A stretch of 64,000 nucleotides of DNA from Macrostomum lignano (taxonomy: Eukaryota), in contig NIVC01000061.1 in assembly GCA_002269645.1 (NCBI GenBank), positions 372,001 through 436,000 of the forward strand, written 5' to 3'. Every line of letters starts with the position of its first letter. Within the stretch, counting starts at the first letter, position 1. Position numbers and translations under genes: made by a program. The notes under the pieces are model-generated. The model did no database searches and was not told where the DNA came from. It was given only the letters and a program-made list of their open reading frames with translations. This document shows positions 58,061-64,000 of this stretch, one piece after another.

Positions 58061-58569
58061 GGACACGTAAAACACCTAATGCCTACAGTCATAGACAGAG
58101 CGAATGCCACAACCACACTAAATAAAAGAACAGTTTAAATAATTGTCAGTAAATAAAGTCAAGAAGACAATTTTACGAAGTACTTGCTTCTAGAAGCAGG
58201 CAATATGCAGGACAGAAGCGGTACAATATCCACACGATTGTTTGCAATAAAACTCTTTGAACTCAGCATTTCAGCGGGCATAAAAAATGTCAAGCACTAT
58301 TAAGCATCACCCTATGTACAGAATTTAAATTTAGATCATTAGCACTCAGTTCAAAGTTGACTTTCTAAAAAATTGAAAAAAATATGAAAATACTGCAAAG
58401 CGCTGCCGCACACAACATTGCACTGCCTTAGTGACTGCTTAAATTAATAAATATACATAAAAAACCAACCAGCCTTAGTGCGATGAGAATTCCGCATTGC
58501 ACATTAAGGACTCTCTGTTGCTGCGTGGGGATTTGTTGCGATTCACAGATGCAAATATAGCGGATATTT

Positions 58570-59985
58570 TATAATAAATGGGGGATTTTTATAGTAAATG
58601 GGGATTTTTATAGTAAATGGGGTTTTTCTATGGTAAATGGGGATTTGCTGATGCTTAAGTCGGGATTTTTATGGTAAATGGGGATTTTTATTGCAAATGG
58701 TAATTTTTATGGCAAATAGGGATGTTCAGATGCTAAATAGGGATTTTTATTGTAAATGGGGATTTTTTATGGTAAATGGGGATTTTTATTGTAAATGGGG
58801 ATTTTTATAGTAAATGGGGTTTTTCTATTGTAAATGGCGATTTGCAGATGCTTAAGTCGGGATTTTTATGGTAAATGGGGACTTTTATCGTAAATGGGGA
58901 TTTTTTATGGTAAATGGGGATTTTTATTGTAAATGGGGATTTTTATAGTAAATGGGGTTTTTCTATTGTAAATGGCGATTTGCAGATGCTTAAGTCGGGA
59001 TTTTTATGGTAAATGGGGACTTTTATCGTAAATGGGGAATTTTTATGGTAAATGGGGATTTGATTGTACTCGTAAATGGGGATTTTTATAGTAAATGGGG
59101 ATATTTTATGGTAAATGGGGATTTGCAGATGCTTAAATGGGGATTTTTATAGTAAATGGGGATTTTTATAGTAAATGGGGTTTTTTTATGGTAAATGGGG
59201 ATTTGCTGATGCTTAAGTCGGGATTTTTATGGTAAATGGGGATTTTTATAGTAAATGGGGATATTTTATGGTAAATGGGGATTTGCAGATGCTTAAATGG
59301 GGATTTTTATAGTAAATGGGGATTTTTATAGTAAATGGGGATTTTTATAGTAAATGGGGTTTTTCTATGGTAAATGGGGATTTGCTGATGCTTAAGTCGG
59401 GATTTTTATGGTAAATGGGGATTTTTATTGCAAATGGTAATTTTTATGGCAAATAGGGATGTTCAGATGCTAAATAGGGATTTTTATTGTAAATGGGGAT
59501 TTTTTATAGTAAATGGGGATTTTTATTGTAAATGGGGATTTTTATAGTAAATGGGGTTTTTCTATTGTAAATGGCGATTTGCAGATGCTTAAGTCGGGAT
59601 TTTTATGGTAAATGGGGACTTTTATCGTAAATGGGGAATTTTTATGGTAAATGGGGATTTGATTGTACTCGTAAATGGGGATTTTTATAGTAAATGGGGA
59701 TATTTTATGGTAAATGGGGATTTGCAGATGCTTAAATGGGGATTTTTATAGTAAATGGGGATTTTTTATTGTAAATGGGGATTTTTAATTGTAAATGAGG
59801 ATTTTTTAGTCCAAATTGGGGATGTTTACGGTAAATGGAGATTTTTATTGTAAATGAGGATTTTTAGTGCAAATTGGGGATGTTTGCGGTAAATGGGGAT
59901 TTTTATTGTAAATGAGGATTTTTAGTGTAAATTGGGGATGTTTGCGGTAAATGGGGATTTTTATTGTAAATGAGGATTTTTCAAT
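58570..59985. repeat. 20-bp minisatellite (TTTTTATAGTAAATGGGGAT) with higher-order block duplications
   Basis: Tandem periodicity of about 20. Long variant blocks recur, for example near 58705 and 59425. Confidence 0.92.
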
Positions 59986-60102
59986 ATTCAATACAGATTG
60001 TGAATGACAAAGATGTCTAAAAAAAGTTGCATAGAGATTAATCAAATGACAGCACGGGTAACGCATTGACTACGTTATAATAATTACTAAATTCCTGTCG
60101 CT

Positions 60103-60815
60103 CTAATCAACTTTGCTCCCCTTCCAGCCACCGTCGGGCTCCGGCAGCTCCGCCCCGTCATCCTCTTTCTCAGTTTCGTCATCGGACGACGAAGCGTCGG
60201 GCTCTGGCACGTCGGGCAGCAGGCCGGTGGGAATCATGGCCACCAGGATGGCGCAGGCCACCAGCAGGGTGAACAAAATAGGCAGGGTGAGCAGGTGGTA
60301 CACAGGCCACAGGGCGTAGGTCAGGCACAGGCTGCCCAGAACAAAGCTGGCGGCGGCAATGGGATCAGGGCCGGGTGCCGCACCTCCCATTGGCTGGACG
60401 GCACGCCCAGGTAGGTGGTGAGGTAGAGGGCGCAGTACAGCGCCAGGCAGAGCGTCAGGCCGATGAGGGCGGCGCCGGCGGTCAGCCAGCCGCGACGGAG
60501 CCTCTCGGAGTCGAACAGCACGAGCGGCACGAGGTCCGTGTAGCCCAGCAGGGCCAGCGCGGCCAGCAGCCAGCACACGTTGGCCAGGGAGAAGGGCGAG
60601 GCTGGCGGCGAGGTCGACGACGCCCCGCCGCCGCCCGATGTACTACTTGTATTATCTGCAGTGGCAGACTTCTTGGCAGATTCGGCCGCGGCCAGCAGGC
60701 GAGCGAAACTGTCGCCGGCGCCGATTTGAATCATTTCGGCGCGCATCGCTTCGGCGTCCGTCGTGTCGGTCGATTCCGACGTTCCGACGTCGCGTTGTGC
60801 GGCGGGACGGCGCAT
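60103..60815 (-). CDS. TMEM128: TMEM128-like four-TM protein, about 237 aa if a 1-nt frameshift at 60361-60363 is corrected; frameshifted as assembled
   Basis: Frame A gives ...LALYCALYLTTYLGVPSSQWEVRHPALIP and frame B continues IAAASFVLGSLCLTYALWPVYHLLTLPILFT. Together these match the FYCIVYL...YPALIPITTASF...ALW pattern I recall for TMEM128. The sequence reads ATC CC ATT, one C short. Confidence 0.72.
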
Positions 60816-60944
60816 GTGAGAATAGACGAGCTGCGCCGCAGGAAATTTCAAAAAAATTTGTTGCATTGGCTATCGCTGATAATGCATATTGGATTGGGAT
60901 TTTCCAAAGGGATTTTAGGCAGGATAATCCCCCTTAATCTGTAC

Positions 60945-61365
60945 GGATAACCATTTGATAATCTTCTAACCCAAAGATAATCTTCTGATAATCCTATGAA
61001 TAATATTTTGATAATCCTACGGATAATCTTCTGATAATCCTACGGATAATCTTCTGATAATCCTACGGATAATCTTCTGATAATCCTACGGATAATCTTC
61101 TGATAATCCTACGGATAATCTTCTGATAATCCTACGGATAATCTTCTGATAATCCTACGGATAATCTTCTGATAATCCTACGGATAATCTTCTGATAATC
61201 CTACGGATAATCTTCTGATAATCCTACGGATAATCTTCTAACAATCCTACGGATAATCTTCTGATAATCTCCTAAAAATCCTTCGGATAATCTTCTGATA
61301 ATGCTTCGGCTAATCTTCTGATAAGCCTACGGATAATATTCTAATAATCCTACGTATAATCTTCT
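60945..61365. repeat. 23-bp minisatellite (GGATAATCTTCTGATAATCCTAC)
   Basis: Tandem periodicity of 23. Confidence 0.92.
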
Positions 61366-61799
61366 TCAATTCAGTTTAACCAAAAAGTTTTCTGACAAAA
61401 CAGCAAATCACCATTGCAACTATATTCCCTTGACCAGTGACCGACAAAAAGACAACGTTAGAAAACAGTCAGCATCACAGAACAACAAGATACGCCAAAA
61501 ATACCAAAAATACACGAAAACTGGAAAAATCAATTTGCGAAAAACGCCCAACAAAAAGTGGAATAAAATCAGATGTATGGAGATTTCGATTGAAGTCTCG
61601 AAAGAAAAATATAGAGCACAAAACGAATGAATGAGATTCATAAAAAGTATACACATCGATGCCACACACCTGCTTGTAAAAATATAAAGCAGAAAAAAGC
61701 ACAAAATACATGTAATAAATTGGGTTTCAGAAAATAAAAACTGCACTTACTCTTGTAAGGTTTGAGCTTGGAAGCAAATATTGTTCATATTGCAGGCAG

Positions 61800-62690
61800 A
61801 TTGTAGGGGCGGATAGTTTATTGTAGGACCAGATGGATTTTACAGGGGCGGATAGTTTATTGTAGGGGCGGATAGATTTTACAGGGGGCGGATAGTTTAT
61901 TGTAGGAGCGGATAGATTATTGTAGGGGCGGATAGATTATCGTAGGGGCGGATAGATTATTGTAGGGGCGGATAGATTATTGTAGGGGCGAATAGATTCT
62001 TGTAGGGGCGAATAGATTATTGTAGGGGCGGATAGATTATTGTAGGGGCGGATAGATTATTGTAGGGGCGGATAGATTTTACAGGGGGCGGATAGATTAT
62101 TGTAGGGGCGGATAGATTTTACAGGGGGCGGATAGATTCTTGTAGGGGCGGATAGTTTATTGTAGGGGCGGAAAAATTATTTTAGGGGCGGAAAAATTAT
62201 TTTAGGGGCGGATAGATTATTGTAGGGGCGGATAGATTCTTGCAGGGGCGAATAGATTCTTGTAGGGACGGATAGATTCTTGTAGGGACGGATAGATTCT
62301 TGTAGGGAAGGACAGATTCTTGTAGGGGCGGATATCTTGTAGGAGCAGATAGACCTTTACAGGGGGCGGATAGATTCTTGTAGGGGCGGACAGATTCTTG
62401 TAGGGGCGGACAGATTGTTGTAGGGGCGGACAGATTCTTGTAGGGGCGGATAGATTATTGTAAAGGCGGATAGATTTTTGTAGGGGCGAATAGTGGGGGC
62501 GGATGTCTTATTGTAGGGGCGGATAGTGGGGCGGATGTCTTATTGTAGGGGCGGATAGTGGGGCGGATGTCTTATTGTAGGGGCGGATAGTGGGGGCGGA
62601 TGTGTTATTGTAGGGGCGGATAGTGGGGGCGGATCTCTTATTGTAGGGGCGGATAGTGGGGGCGGATGTCTTATTGTAGGGGCGGATAGT
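61800..62690. repeat. About 20-bp minisatellite (TGTAGGGGCGGATAGATTAT)
   Basis: Tandem periodicity of about 20, degenerating into 31-32-bp units at the right end. Confidence 0.92.
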
Positions 62691-62796
62691 TAATAGGGTC
62701 AATAATCATACAAGAAGTCAGGCCAAAAATATTTCAGCACTGTGCAAAACAACACAGCAGGCAAAGTAACGCTAACGCAGCCCCGCCACCGCACTT

Positions 62797-64000
62797 TTAA
62801 TCGGCAACTCCTCTCCGCTGCACCTGCCGCAGGAGGCTCTGCAGGCCAGACGCGCCGCCGACCCGTTGCAAGGCGCGCGAATCTAACGAGCGCGCCACCT
62901 GAGCCTGCAGGCGCGCCATCGAAGCGGCGCTGGCGTCGGATTTCAAGTCGCCATCGGCGCTGAACAGGCCGCGAATTCCGCCGACGCGTCGCACCATCTG
63001 TGAAAGCTTGGCGTACTGGCTGAGCATCGTGCGCACCTGACGCGGGATGGGGGGGGTTGTTAGATGTGGAAAAAAAGTAAAAAAACTGTCTGTCAACACT
63101 TAATGTAGGCAGCGATTTTTTAAAATTGTGCTTTTGATTGAAGATGCTTGAAAGGAGAGGGGAAAAGCAGAGTTCGAGAAGGAAATAAAGCCGTAGCGGG
63201 GGATAAGGAGTGGGTAAGACAGCGGGTAAGGCAAAGAAAGGGGGGCAGAGGGGGAGGGAGAGGATGAGGCAGATGACATGGTGAGGCGGACGGTCGGAGA
63301 TATTAGACGAGTCAGAGGTTGAGGCAAAGGGTGAGGCAGAGCTTGAGGCAGAGGGTGAGACAGAGGTTGAGGCAGAGGGTGAGGCAGAGGGTGAGGTAGA
63401 GGTTGAGGCAGAGGGTGAGTCAGAGGGTAAGTCAGAGGTTGAGGCAGAGGGTGAGTCAGAGGGTGAGTCGGAGGGTGAGGCAGAGGGTGAGACAGAGGGT
63501 AAGTCAGAGGGTGAGGCAGAGGTTGAGGCAGAGGGTGAGGCACAGAGACAAGGTGAAGTAGAGACGGAGGCAGAGAGGACGGGAGCAAACAGGGTGAATA
63601 GTGCAGTTGCATAAACGGGGAGTCAGGACCAGATGTTAGTCAGGATAATCCATGGGGTGCAAAGGGCAAAACTGAGAGAAGCAGGAGACAACAGTTAAGA
63701 CGGACACGGAGCAAAGAACAAAGGATTTCACCTCTCTCTCCGACACGCCAGAACCTCGAGCCACTCTAGTGGCCCTAGCCGAGCAGTTAGAAAACAGCCG
63801 GCATCCGTCGGCGGCATCCAGCTCAGAGTCGGACATGCTGTCCAAGACTGTCAGATAGCGCCTGAACTGGTCCCGGCCTTCCAATTCGTTCTTGTTGCCA
63901 AGCGAGCCAAAGCCGGGAATGGCCGCCATAACCTGAGAAAACGAGCCCAGCTCTTGAAAGGTGGCGAATTGTTCCTGGAAGTCGCGCAGAGTGAACAGGC
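62797..64000 (-). CDS. SRP54: Signal recognition particle 54-kDa protein, C-terminal M domain (partial; gene continues beyond the window); exons >64000-63732 and 63036-62797
   Basis: LFTLRDFQEQF...IPGFG...LDSMSDSELD...RVARGSGVSERE|VRTMLSQYAKLSQMVRRVGGIRGLF. Phase-0 GT-AG intron 63731-63037. Confidence 0.88.
63310..63545. repeat. 12-bp minisatellite (GGCAGAGGGTGA) in the SRP54 last intron
   Basis: Tandem periodicity of 12. Confidence 0.9.

Noticed and set aside
60347-60383. 37-nt GT-AG intron as a rescue of the TMEM128 frameshift
   Set aside because: Splicing it leads into the third frame and removes the conserved HPALIP segment.
61420-61746. Hydrophobic minus-strand ORF (108 aa) and neighbours
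   Set aside because: AT-rich, with codon usage unlike the GC3-rich genes and no motifs. Likely chance ORFs in intergenic DNA.

Overview
Eukaryotic (metazoan) genomic DNA with GC-rich exons and introns or intergenic gaps filled by about 35 different mini/microsatellite arrays. The style resembles a Macrostomum-type flatworm genome (inference only). I reconstructed nine spliced or single-exon gene models by hand from GT-AG junctions with consistent phases. Plus strand: a RASEF/CRACR2-like EF-hand-coiled-coil-Rab GTPase, a GRD-like Cys-loop receptor subunit, and a two-exon orphan. Minus strand: a run of six co-oriented housekeeping genes, namely SRP54 (3' part), TMEM128-like (with a 1-nt frameshift), puromycin-sensitive aminopeptidase, cytosolic leucyl-tRNA synthetase, ATOX1 copper chaperone and neutral sphingomyelinase SMPD2. 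Mobile elements: two tRNA-derived SINE families (two copies each), a three-level nest (Merlin/IS1595 transposase relic > 1.48-kb hAT-type element > 192-bp hAT-type MITE), a LINE 3' relic and a further MITE-like element. Top leads: inverted minisatellite arms bracketing the catalytic exon 6 of SMPD2; a possible trans-spliced polycistronic gene run; satellites built from textbook transcription-factor motifs; a 9.5-kb 34-bp array filling one intron; and a methionine-poor SRP54 M domain.
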